Assembly (NCBI GenBank): GCA_044229975.1
Contig: JBGARZ010000032.1
Location: 1-39,807, forward strand
Source of the DNA: Polyangiales bacterium
GTDB lineage: Bacteria > Myxococcota_A > Polyangia > Polyangiales > Ga0077539
Direction: 5' to 3'
Length of the DNA: 39,807 nucleotides
The first letter of the stretch is position 1. Every line of letters starts with the position of its first letter. Both the position numbers and the translations under genes were made by a program. The notes under the pieces were generated by a model. It made no database searches. It was not told where the DNA came from and was given only the letters and a program-made list of their open reading frames with translations. Below are positions 26,455 to 35,283 of this stretch, piece by piece.

Positions 26455-28645
26455 AGCGATCCACGGCCGGCACCACGACGGGGAAGACCCGCAGGGGGTT
26501 CGACAACGGCAGCATGTGGTACTGGCGCCCGATGACCAGATCGACGGGGGTGTGCAGGCGCTCCTCCCGCCCGTCGTCGTCGACCGCTAGATAGAGCCTG
26601 CGCCCGAAGTCGTCCTCTTGCACCCCGCGAACCCGTATGACGAGCGGGAAGAGCGGCCGGTCGGTGTCGGTAAAGAACCTCACCAGTTCGTCGGCTTCCG
26701 AGAAGAACTTCTGCGCGTCGCCCACGACGTGTGGACGGTCGTGCACCGCCATGTTGCGAATCCTGGGCAGGACGCTCTCGCCCTTCGGCAGCAGGCGGCG
26801 ATCGCCGTAGACGGCGTGAAAGCTCTTCCAGGCGCTCCCGCTCTCCTTGTCGTGCAGAGCCTTGTCGAGCAACTGGAGCGCGGAGAACAGCGACCCCAGC
26901 GTGAGCCGGTCGACGCCTCCGTTGTGCGGAGGCCAGCCCTTCGTTCGCGCGACCTCCTCGAAGGGCAACTCGAAGTGCGCCCGGCAGTGGAACTCAAGTA
27001 CGACCTTCAGGATCCGCTCGAGGACGCGGGACGCCTCGCCCACGCGCACCAACCCGTCGGCCTGCTCGAGCTCCGCCTTGCGCCCTGCGAGTTCGAGTCG
27101 ACGTCGCAACGCCCGGACGCCTTCCGGGGCGGGCGTCGCCTTGAACCCGAGCCAGGCGAGCAGCGCGGCGCGGACGGCAGCCTCGTCGCCCAGCAGATCG
27201 TCCCCGACCCCCGCCCTTCGTCTGGCCAACTCCCACCGGCGTTCGAGCGGGAGGTGGGCGAGCAGCGCGTTCGGGTCCCCGTCGAGCGAGTATTCGATGA
27301 GACGATGACGGAAGTCTCCCTTGAACGCCTTGCGATCGACCGCTGCGGTCAGGAAACGGAGCTCGGATTCGGTCAGCTCGGCGAGCAGCAGGTCACAGAG
27401 CCGAGACGTCGGCGTTTCGCCCGGGCGCTGCACCCGCGGTGACGCTGTCGGCCCGGGAGGAGGCCCGGCGGGCTGATCAGGGGGTGGCTGCGCTGGCACC
27501 GGCTCGTCGGGAACGACCTCGGTGGCCGAAGTCTTGAGGCGATTCCAGGCAGCGCCGAGCACACCGGCCAAGGGGAGAAGAGCCGAAACGCCCGAACCCG
27601 CGCCTGCGATCACTCCCGCTCTGACGAGAGCTTCCGTCTGGTGCGTTGGGAAGGCCATCGGTCCGACGGCGGCGACGAGGTCGACCCACTCCGAGATCGG
27701 CAGCCCGTCGAGCACGCGGAACAGGTCACGCCATACGGGCACCCACGCGACGCCCTCCCCGGCGGCATCCTCTTCGCTCGCGGCGAGCAGCGCCCGGAGG
27801 GTGGGGGCGACCCGGGCGCCGCGGCGCGTGCCCTCAATGCGATCAATGCACGTCGACACGATCTGTCGACGTAGCGCGCGCGGGAGCGACAGCCCGACCG
27901 GGAGGCCCGGCGCGACGACGACACGGGCGCGGTCGACGATTGCGTCGAGGAGAGCGTCGAGGGCTCCACGGACGGAGTGCGCCGAGAGGTTCTCCCGCAG
28001 GGCGCGCTCGATCGCGGTGACCAGTTGGGCGGACCACTGCGCCGCCACCACGAGCGGCGATCGGGGCTCTCGCACCGACGCGCCGAGCTCGTCCAGCCAA
28101 CCCGTCGGCAGCTCCCAGGGCGACACCAGGACGACTTCGCGGAGAGCGGTGCGAGCGCGGGCGTGCTCGACCAATGCCGCGCGGAAGTGCAGAAGGAACT
28201 CTTCGAACGGAACGTTCGCCCTGCCGGTTCCGACGGTCGGGAGAACGATCGCGGCGAGACCCAGCGAGGCGGCTTGGTCCAGCACCCGGAGCAGGAGCTG
28301 AGCGAGCAGTTCATGGCGGACGACCCGGCTCTCGTCCCAGTCCGCGACGACCGCGTGGATGATCCGCTCCGCCCCCGTGTCGCCGCCGGGGGTAACGACG
28401 GTGCAGGCCAGCGGCAGCGCACCGTCGGCCTGCCGAACGAGTTCGTCCATCGCCGCGCGAACGGGGGCCCCGGCGTGCTTGGCCACGGACCATGAGACGC
28501 CCCCGCCTGCCGACAGCCAGGTGTCGTCCGGGCTGACGATCGCGTACGGGCAGTGCAACGGCTTGACGACGACCAGGTCGGGCGAGGAGTCGAAGCGAAC
28601 CGTCAGGCTCCCGACGACGGCGGAGATGGTCATGGGCCCAGCCAT
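26453..28645 (-). CDS. Macro (ADP-ribose-binding) domain + helical region + C-terminal HEPN-like domain
   Basis: ATG 28645 with GGAG 8 nt upstream (track start 28717 is also possible). AIVSPDD..AGGGVSWSV, TPGG, IIHAV, LPTVGTG. LERILK..LTLGSL..RNMAVH (26741-26758). Confidence 0.8.
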   Translation of the reverse strand: MAGPMTISAVVGSLTVRFDSSPDLVVVKPLHCPYAIVSPDDTWLSAGGGVSWSVAKHAGAPVRAAMDELVRQADGALPLACTVVTPGGDTGAERIIHAVVADWDESRVVRHELLAQLLLRVLDQAASLGLAAIVLPTVGTGRANVPFEEFLLHFRAALVEHARARTALREVVLVSPWELPTGWLDELGASVREPRSPLVVAAQWSAQLVTAIERALRENLSAHSVRGALDALLDAIVDRARVVVAPGLPVGLSLPRALRRQIVSTCIDRIEGTRRGARVAPTLRALLAASEEDAAGEGVAWVPVWRDLFRVLDGLPISEWVDLVAAVGPMAFPTHQTEALVRAGVIAGAGSGVSALLPLAGVLGAAWNRLKTSATEVVPDEPVPAQPPPDQPAGPPPGPTASPRVQRPGETPTSRLCDLLLAELTESELRFLTAAVDRKAFKGDFRHRLIEYSLDGDPNALLAHLPLERRWELARRRAGVGDDLLGDEAAVRAALLAWLGFKATPAPEGVRALRRRLELAGRKAELEQADGLVRVGEASRVLERILKVVLEFHCRAHFELPFEEVARTKGWPPHNGGVDRLTLGSLFSALQLLDKALHDKESGSAWKSFHAVYGDRRLLPKGESVLPRIRNMAVHDRPHVVGDAQKFFSEADELVRFFTDTDRPLFPLVIRVRGVQEDDFGRRLYLAVDDDGREERLHTPVDLVIGRQYHMLPLSNPLRVFPVVVPAVDR

Positions 28646-28757
28646 ATCACGAGCTCCAGGCACCGATTGTCGAGAGTCCAGATCTCTCTCCGCCCGCGGC
28701 CGCTGTTCGGCGCTCACCCACGCGTACCGGCCGATGCCTTCCGAGCGGCCGCGCCAC

Positions 28758-30785
28758 TCAGTCCGCCAGCCGCCATGCTCCGAGCTGCGTCAGGCCGGGG
28801 ACGTAGGCGTTGTATCGCGTGCGCACCTCCCGCCCAGCGGAAGCGCCTCCGGCCCCAAGAAGTGCACGCACGCTGCCGGCGCCCACCGCGAAGCCCGAGA
28901 TCAGCTGCGCGCCGTCCCCGTCGCCCGCGTCGATCGAGTACACGAGGAGGTGCGTATCCGTCCCGGCCTTCGGCAGTTCGATGAGGTCCGTGCGGCAGTC
29001 GATCTTCCGTGCCTCGGCGCCGGACGGGCTCACCGTCTCGACGACGCGGTGACGGCGGAAGCTTCCGTATGGGAGTGCGTGCAGCGCGGGCGGCACTCGC
29101 GCCTCGAAACCCTTGAGTCGGGCGAGCGGGGCATCCTCGCCCCGGAAGGCAAGCTGTCCGAAGAGCCAGGTCACGTTGGTGAGCAGCGTCCCCTCGTCGG
29201 GGGTCGGACCCAGCATTCCGGCGGGGAGTCCGAAGGAGAGCGCAAGCTCGGGGCCGACCCAGCGCTGGCGCTTGTAGCCGAACGATGTGCGCAACAGGCT
29301 GAACAGGTACCCGTAGGTGTGGGTCAGCCCGGCGTGCCACGCGGGACCGGCCGCGGTCTCCCCCGCGATAGCGGCGACCACGCCCAGGATTGTCGGATCG
29401 ACGATGGCCGCCAGAGCGAGCTCGTCGAAGTTCAAGCAGCGTCCCCACGACTCGAAGCACCCCTGGCACTCCCGCGCCCGGGCGATGTCACCGGCGATAC
29501 GCGGCGCTTGGGCCCGCAGTAGTTCCACGACCGCCGCGGGACTCGCGACCGCGACCATCGATCGAGCGAGGCCAGCCCAGGGGCAATCGAGCGCGCTCTC
29601 CCCTCGCGCGTGGTCGGGGCACTCGGGGTGCGAAGGTGCAACGGGCCAGCCCGGCTTAGGGAGGTCGCCATCGGCCCATTGAATGGTCGCCCCTTTCGGG
29701 TCGAAGAGGCCGTCCTTCTCCAACGCCGCGAGCCTGCCCAGCTCAGGCAGCAGGTGCGCGAGGGCGACGCCCGCGTTGTGCGCGGCAGCGAAGTTTTGGG
29801 AGTACTTGCGCGGCGTGACCTCGGCGTTGAAGTTGGGCACCCGGTCGGTGAGCGCCGACACGAAGAGGAAGGGCGTGTCGTGCCACACCAGCCGGATCAG
29901 GCCGTGGGTGGTCTCGGCCGATCCGATCTCGCGCTGCCTGACTTGAGTCTCGAAGCGGCGGTGCGTCTCCTCGTCGGCCCAGACATAGTCGTCATAGTCG
30001 CAGATGTTGAGCGTGCCGAGCGAGGCGTACCCGTGGCCCGCCAAGATGCGCGGAGGTCGCGCCGGATTGATCGGCGCCTCGATGAAGCGCCCTTCGGCGG
30101 CGTGCCGGCTCTCGACCGACACGCCCGTCGCGAAGAGCGACGCGCTCAGGCGCGGACAGTCGAGGCGCTTGTCGAACCAATCCGCGAGCGGCGCGTGCAA
30201 CAGGGGACCGAAGCGCCTCTCCTGCGTGGCGACCTCGTCCGGCGAGGCGTCGTGCCAGGGGTCGTGGATGTACGCGCGGCTGCCGATCGTGACGCAGCCG
30301 TTGAAGGTCTGATCGGCGGGGATACCCGCGGTGCCGAACGCGATGACGAGGTCGCAGCCCTGGCCCTCGAAGGCCCGTGCGCGGATGATGGGCAGCGCCA
30401 CAGTGAACTTCTCATGGCTCGACGAACCGCTGACCGGGGCGAGGCCGTCGGCGATGTGGCGCTGACGACGCATCCAGTCCTCGACGCACCACACCTCGAC
30501 CACGGCGACAGGGGCTTTGTGAGGGCCGACGTCGAAGGAGAGCCGGGAGCGGGCGGGGAGCGCGCTGCGCAACGCGAGCCCCTCCGCCTCCGGGGGTAGC
30601 GTCGGTGCGAGGCCGGTCGACGGATCGATCGCGGGGGCCCTTCCCGCCGGGTCGAAGCCACGCACGAAGTTGCCCAGCAGGCCTCCAGGCGGACCGTCCT
30701 TCGACAGCAGCACTGCGATCAGCGGATCACACTCCCACGTCTTGTTGGCCACGATCAGGATGCGGATGGGGGCGTTCGCCATCAT
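28758..30785 (-). CDS. Divergent purine/uridine phosphorylase (PNP_UDP_1)-fold domain fused to an unknown C-terminal domain
   Basis: ATG 30785 after GAGG. ILIVANKTWE, DLVIAFGTAG, GSAETT, PFLFVSALTD, AAAHNAG follow the order of nucleosidase-fold elements. The C-terminal domain has HAGLTHTYGYLFS. Confidence 0.6.
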   Translation of the reverse strand: MMANAPIRILIVANKTWECDPLIAVLLSKDGPPGGLLGNFVRGFDPAGRAPAIDPSTGLAPTLPPEAEGLALRSALPARSRLSFDVGPHKAPVAVVEVWCVEDWMRRQRHIADGLAPVSGSSSHEKFTVALPIIRARAFEGQGCDLVIAFGTAGIPADQTFNGCVTIGSRAYIHDPWHDASPDEVATQERRFGPLLHAPLADWFDKRLDCPRLSASLFATGVSVESRHAAEGRFIEAPINPARPPRILAGHGYASLGTLNICDYDDYVWADEETHRRFETQVRQREIGSAETTHGLIRLVWHDTPFLFVSALTDRVPNFNAEVTPRKYSQNFAAAHNAGVALAHLLPELGRLAALEKDGLFDPKGATIQWADGDLPKPGWPVAPSHPECPDHARGESALDCPWAGLARSMVAVASPAAVVELLRAQAPRIAGDIARARECQGCFESWGRCLNFDELALAAIVDPTILGVVAAIAGETAAGPAWHAGLTHTYGYLFSLLRTSFGYKRQRWVGPELALSFGLPAGMLGPTPDEGTLLTNVTWLFGQLAFRGEDAPLARLKGFEARVPPALHALPYGSFRRHRVVETVSPSGAEARKIDCRTDLIELPKAGTDTHLLVYSIDAGDGDGAQLISGFAVGAGSVRALLGAGGASAGREVRTRYNAYVPGLTQLGAWRLAD

Positions 30786-30904
30786 GGGTCTACCTCGACC
30801 TCTCGTTGTACGAGATCGTCCCGTCGGGGCGGAAGCGCATGCGCTGCGCCGCCCGTCATCCGTGTCGCCCCGATCACACCGCCGATGGGAATAGGCATTG
30901 CGGC

Positions 30905-30931
30905 TGTCAGCAGACCGCGGCACGCGCCGTC
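30905..30931 (+). promoter_or_regulatory. ECF-type promoter motif copy 5, upstream of DUF697 gene
   Basis: TGTCAG CAGACCGCGGCACGCGC CGTC, followed by GGAGG and ATG 30958. Confidence 0.72.
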
Positions 30932-30957
30932 ATGCCCTCCATAAACGGAGGTCCGCC

Positions 30958-31326
30958 ATGACCGTCTCCACTCAACGCATTCACGGCATCATCCACCTCG
31001 CCTCGGCCTCCGCGGCCGCCGTCGGAGCCGGGCTCGCGCAGCTCCCATGCGCCGACTCCGTGCCCATCACGAAGATCCAGACCGTCATGATCGTCAGCAT
31101 CGCGTTCGAGCACGGCTTCGATCTGCCGCGATCCGCGGCGCTGAGCCTGCTTGCCACCGCCTTGGCTACCATGGCGGGGCGCGGCCTCTCCCAGGTCTTG
31201 CTCGGCTGGATACCGGGCTACGGCAACGCTCTCAACGCCGCCACGGCCGCGACCGTCACCGAAGCCGTCGGTTGGTTCGCCCACGCACAGTTCAGTGAAG
31301 GGGGCCAGGCGCGTCGCTCAGTCTGA
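30958..31326 (+). CDS. DUF697-like small hydrophobic protein (122 aa)
   Basis: ATG after GGAGG. IIHLASASAAAVGAGLAQLPCADSVPITKIQTVMI...WIPGYGNALNAATAATVTEAVGW. Confidence 0.8.
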   Translation: MTVSTQRIHGIIHLASASAAAVGAGLAQLPCADSVPITKIQTVMIVSIAFEHGFDLPRSAALSLLATALATMAGRGLSQVLLGWIPGYGNALNAATAATVTEAVGWFAHAQFSEGGQARRSV

Positions 31327-31485
31327 TCCCTCCGACCGGGCCGGTTGTGCGCTCCGCTGTATGGAGCGAGTCGCCATCGTGTTTCGTTGGAACAGCAAAT
31401 CCCGCGCGGCACCCGAAGTGGGTCGGCCACTTGCTCGGGATCGATCTGGTTCTACTCCCTCGACACGATTTGGCTGTCGCTTGCC

Positions 31486-32676
31486 TCAGCTCGCGTGTTC
31501 CATCAAGAACACCACTTCGCCGACCGGGGTCGCCTCGAGCGCGCGGTCCCACTGCTGCGGGGTGAGGTTGAGCCGTTCGCTTGCTTCGTACTCCGCGCGG
31601 AGTGTGGCCAGCAGCTCGAATACCTCCGCTGCTTGGCGGGCTGCCTCGACGCGCGTGAGCCATGCGTCGATCTCGGCCCGGAGGCTGCGGAGCCTGGCGA
31701 TCGTGGCGGCGTCCCCCTCGCTGACGCGCTCGGTCCACTGCTCGCGCAGCACCCGCAGAGCCACGTCGGCGGCCGACTCGGGCGTGAGGAGTCGTGCAAT
31801 CGCCGCCGCGTTGGCCTTCCCGATGGCCCCATCGACCTGGCGCGCGCCCAGCATCGACGGCATGCCGTCGAGGAGCTGAAGGGCGACCTCCTGGCTTGGG
31901 CGCAGGAGCTTCCCGGAGGTGGCCTCGAGCCGCTTGATGGCCGTCCTTGTGTCGCCCGCCACGCGGAGGCAACGCGCCTCCGTCAGCGCCGCCATCGCGG
32001 CCACGGCGACGTACGCGCGCAGCGCGACGAAGCGCGCGTCGGACACCGGGAGCTCGCGCGGGTTGGACCGCTCGACCATCGCGAGGCAGTAGAGGCGGAC
32101 GCCCTGCGCGCGCTCGGCGTGCGCCCGGTACCACGACGCGTCGTGCGCGGCGCCCGCGGGGGCCTCCGCGAGCTGCTCGAGCGCGAGTGCGAGCGGCACG
32201 AACTGGGCGACGTCGATCTGCGAGGCCACGCGATCGACCTTCTCCTCGACGCGCGCGAGGTCGGCTTGCGACCGCAGCCCCAGGAGCTGCAGCCCCACGA
32301 GCCGAGCCTCCACGCTGTCGAGACGGCTCGACACGCTTGTGAAGCCGTTGCGCACCGCCGCGTCCAAGAGGCGGATGCCCTCCTGCACCTTCCCGAGCTT
32401 GCGGTAGAGCAGCGCGAAGCCGGCGACGCTCACGCCCAGGTTGAGCAGCGACGCCGCGCTCCCCAGGCTCACCAGCGTCGACAGCGGGCCGAGCCGTGAC
32501 GGGTCGACCACCTCGGACCCGCTCTTCAAGAGCGCGAAGAAGCGCTTGGTGCCGGTCTCTCGGATGACGCCCCCGTCCTGGTAGAGCGTGCCGTCGTTGA
32601 TCCCTCGGAGGATCGCGGTAGCCCGGTCCGGCGGCAAGATGACGAGCGGGTTGAAGCCTGGCGTGTCTGGACTCAT
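31486..32676 (-). CDS. Hypothetical membrane-anchored coiled-coil protein, third gene of the dynamin operon
   Basis: ATG after GAGGGAG, 12 nt after the dynamin stop. Hydrophobic LGSAASLLNLGVSVAGFALLY followed by heptad-rich helices. Confidence 0.75.
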   Translation of the reverse strand: MSPDTPGFNPLVILPPDRATAILRGINDGTLYQDGGVIRETGTKRFFALLKSGSEVVDPSRLGPLSTLVSLGSAASLLNLGVSVAGFALLYRKLGKVQEGIRLLDAAVRNGFTSVSSRLDSVEARLVGLQLLGLRSQADLARVEEKVDRVASQIDVAQFVPLALALEQLAEAPAGAAHDASWYRAHAERAQGVRLYCLAMVERSNPRELPVSDARFVALRAYVAVAAMAALTEARCLRVAGDTRTAIKRLEATSGKLLRPSQEVALQLLDGMPSMLGARQVDGAIGKANAAAIARLLTPESAADVALRVLREQWTERVSEGDAATIARLRSLRAEIDAWLTRVEAARQAAEVFELLATLRAEYEASERLNLTPQQWDRALEATPVGEVVFLMEHAS

Positions 32677-32688
32677 TCGATGGCTCCC

Positions 32689-35283
32689 TCAGTTCAAGAC
32701 TCGAGGCGCGCGCGACATCATCGACGACTCGCGCGCCACCTCCGCCACTTCCCTGGTCATCTCGGCCGCCCGGGCATCGATGCGCTGACCGCGCCCAAGC
32801 AGGTCACGGAGCTTCGCGCGCTCTGCCGCGATCCGGCGCTGCTCGTCGGCGAGGACGCGGTCGATCCAGGTGTTGTACTTGCGGACCTCGTCGTCGAGCG
32901 TCTCGCGCAGGGCTGTGATTGCGCTCCCGTGGACCCGGTTGGCGAGGCTCTGCAACAGCTCGCAGGTGTCATGCGCGGTCCGCTCGGCGATGGACGAGCA
33001 ACCCGCCGAGACCTTGGCCTTGAGATCGCCGAGGCCCGGACTGAAGAGCCACCCCGCTACCCCGCCCAGCAGCCCCCCGATCACCGTCCCGACGCCGGGC
33101 AGGAGGACCGTGCCGATCGCGGCCCCGGCTCCGGCTCCGACGCCCCCCGCGAGGAGTTCCTTCTCGAGGTGTGAGCCGAAGGCGGCCGCCACCTGCGCCA
33201 CCCCCGTTGCCTGCGTCGCCCCCAGGTCCAGCTGGAGCGCCGGCACCGAGACCTCGCCGATGCCGAGGTTAGCGACGATGCGATAGCGCTCGTGAACCTC
33301 GGAAGCCGCGGATCGGACCTCGGCTCGCACCCCCTTTGTGCAGGCAGCAGCGAAGTCGTCGAGCGCCTCCTGACAGCGCCTTGTCAGGGTCTCCGTGCGG
33401 GTCTCGATGACGTTCTTGACGAACTTCTCGAGCGCGTCCTTGTCCCGGGCCCCCTGGACCTCGCTCTCCACCTCAGCCGACCATGCAGCCGTCGCGGACC
33501 GGACCGCGCTCGCGGCCTCCCGGGTGTTCCGCTCGATCGCCTCCTCAAGGGTTGGCCTGTGGGTCTTGGCGATCCTCTCCACCTCGGCCCTCGGGTCTGG
33601 CAACCGCTCGGATTCCAGCCGTTGGATGCGCTCGTTGTAGACCCCCTCGAGGCGCGTGACCTCGCCGCGCACCTCCCGCGCCACCTCCTCGCCGATGCGA
33701 GCAGCCCGCACGCCGAGCACCGCGACGCGCTCGCCCGCGAGCACGCGAGTGAGGCGCGCAACCATGGCCTCGAACTCCTTCGCCCGGCGCGGGTCGAAGC
33801 TCTTCCCGCCCGCCGTCGCGCGCTCGGCCGCCGTCGCGATCCAGACGACGTCAGACTCGGCGCGGCCCATGTCCTGCGCGAATCGCTTCACGCACTGTTG
33901 GAGCGCCTCCTTCACCTGCGCTTCGATCTCCCCCGGGTCGTCCGAGAAGATGTCTTCTTCGACCTTGTCCGCCTTGGTGATCGCGAGCGCGACGTGGGGG
34001 ACGTACTGGCACATGCGCCTGAGCGCCTCGCGCGTGGACCTCGCCATCGCCTGCCCCGCGGGGGTGAGCAGGATGCAGGCGTCTGCGTCGCGCTCGATCG
34101 CGGCCCACGAGCGCTCCTCGTACTGCTTCTGAGGCGTGTTCAGTCCCGGCGTGTCCATGAGCACGAGCCCGCGTGCGAGCAGTGGCGAGGGGTACCGGAT
34201 CGTCGCCGTGCGGACGACGCCCCCGCGGCGGTCGATCGCGGCAAGTTGCCGCACGTTCTCTACGAACGTCGCCAGCCGCTCCCTCTCGTGCTGACCGAGC
34301 GCGGCCCGTGCCTGTTCGAGCGCCGCGGCGGCATGGGCAAGACTTCGCTCCGCAGCGACGACTGCTTCTCTCGCGGCCCCACGCGCGGCGCCGGCTTCTT
34401 GAAGCGAACTCTCGGAGGTGGCCCTCGACCACCCAGCCCTCGTGGCGCTCGCGTTACACTCTCCGAGGCCTGCCTCCGCCTCGCCCCGGGCCCGCTCGGA
34501 GGTGACGCGAGCGTCGAAGGCGACCCTCCACGCCTCCTTCGGCTTCCGCCATGTCCACCCGAGCAGCAGGCGTACAACCCACAACCAGAGCGCCCACCAC
34601 GGCGGCGTGGAGCGCACGAACGCGGGGACGAGCGCCGCGGATCGAGTCTCCTCCGACACCGCCAGGGCGAGTTGCGCACGTCGCTCCACGGCTACCCGTC
34701 CCGCGGTGTCGACCTGGCGCAGGCGCGCGCTCTCGTCCGCGCGCGCGTGCTCGAGCGCGACGCCGGCACGCTGGGTGCGGACGGTGGCCTCGTCGTAGGC
34801 ACGTCGCCTCTCGGCGAGTTCCTGCGTTGCCCGGACCTCGGCGGCCTCCGCAGTCTTTGCCCGCTGCCGCAGCGCAGGCCTCAGGTCCGGTACCTCGTCG
34901 GCGAAGCGGACCACGCGGCCGGAGTCATTCTCGTAGACGTAGTCCGGCTCGTCGCCGTGGCGCAGCACCGTCACCACGCCCGTGAACTCATGAACGGAGG
35001 TGCCGAGCACCCGCGCGCCGAGGATGGCGTTCAGGAAGGTGCTCTTGCCCGCGTTGAACTCGCCCACCACGGCCACCCAGAGTTCGTCGCGGTCGAGCCT
35101 CCGGCGGATGTCCCGCGCGGCGCTCTCCATGCGCATGCGCCGGTCGCGGTCGACCTCGGCGTGGGCCGTGGCCAGGCTATCCAGTTCATCCACGAACGCG
35201 CGCACGACGCCCAGCAGCGCCGACGCCCGAGTGGCGTGCGCGACATGGGTCGCCCGTGGGCCGGCGGCTTCAGCTGCCACCAT
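32689..35283 (-). CDS. Bacterial dynamin-like GTPase 2
   Basis: VVGEFNAGKST, DTPG, TKAD; Gly-rich hydrophobic paddle GAGAAIGTVLLPGVGTVIGGLLGG. ATG 35283 overlaps the end of the upstream gene. Confidence 0.88.
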   Translation of the reverse strand: MVAAEAAGPRATHVAHATRASALLGVVRAFVDELDSLATAHAEVDRDRRMRMESAARDIRRRLDRDELWVAVVGEFNAGKSTFLNAILGARVLGTSVHEFTGVVTVLRHGDEPDYVYENDSGRVVRFADEVPDLRPALRQRAKTAEAAEVRATQELAERRRAYDEATVRTQRAGVALEHARADESARLRQVDTAGRVAVERRAQLALAVSEETRSAALVPAFVRSTPPWWALWLWVVRLLLGWTWRKPKEAWRVAFDARVTSERARGEAEAGLGECNASATRAGWSRATSESSLQEAGAARGAAREAVVAAERSLAHAAAALEQARAALGQHERERLATFVENVRQLAAIDRRGGVVRTATIRYPSPLLARGLVLMDTPGLNTPQKQYEERSWAAIERDADACILLTPAGQAMARSTREALRRMCQYVPHVALAITKADKVEEDIFSDDPGEIEAQVKEALQQCVKRFAQDMGRAESDVVWIATAAERATAGGKSFDPRRAKEFEAMVARLTRVLAGERVAVLGVRAARIGEEVAREVRGEVTRLEGVYNERIQRLESERLPDPRAEVERIAKTHRPTLEEAIERNTREAASAVRSATAAWSAEVESEVQGARDKDALEKFVKNVIETRTETLTRRCQEALDDFAAACTKGVRAEVRSAASEVHERYRIVANLGIGEVSVPALQLDLGATQATGVAQVAAAFGSHLEKELLAGGVGAGAGAAIGTVLLPGVGTVIGGLLGGVAGWLFSPGLGDLKAKVSAGCSSIAERTAHDTCELLQSLANRVHGSAITALRETLDDEVRKYNTWIDRVLADEQRRIAAERAKLRDLLGRGQRIDARAAEMTREVAEVARESSMMSRAPRVLN

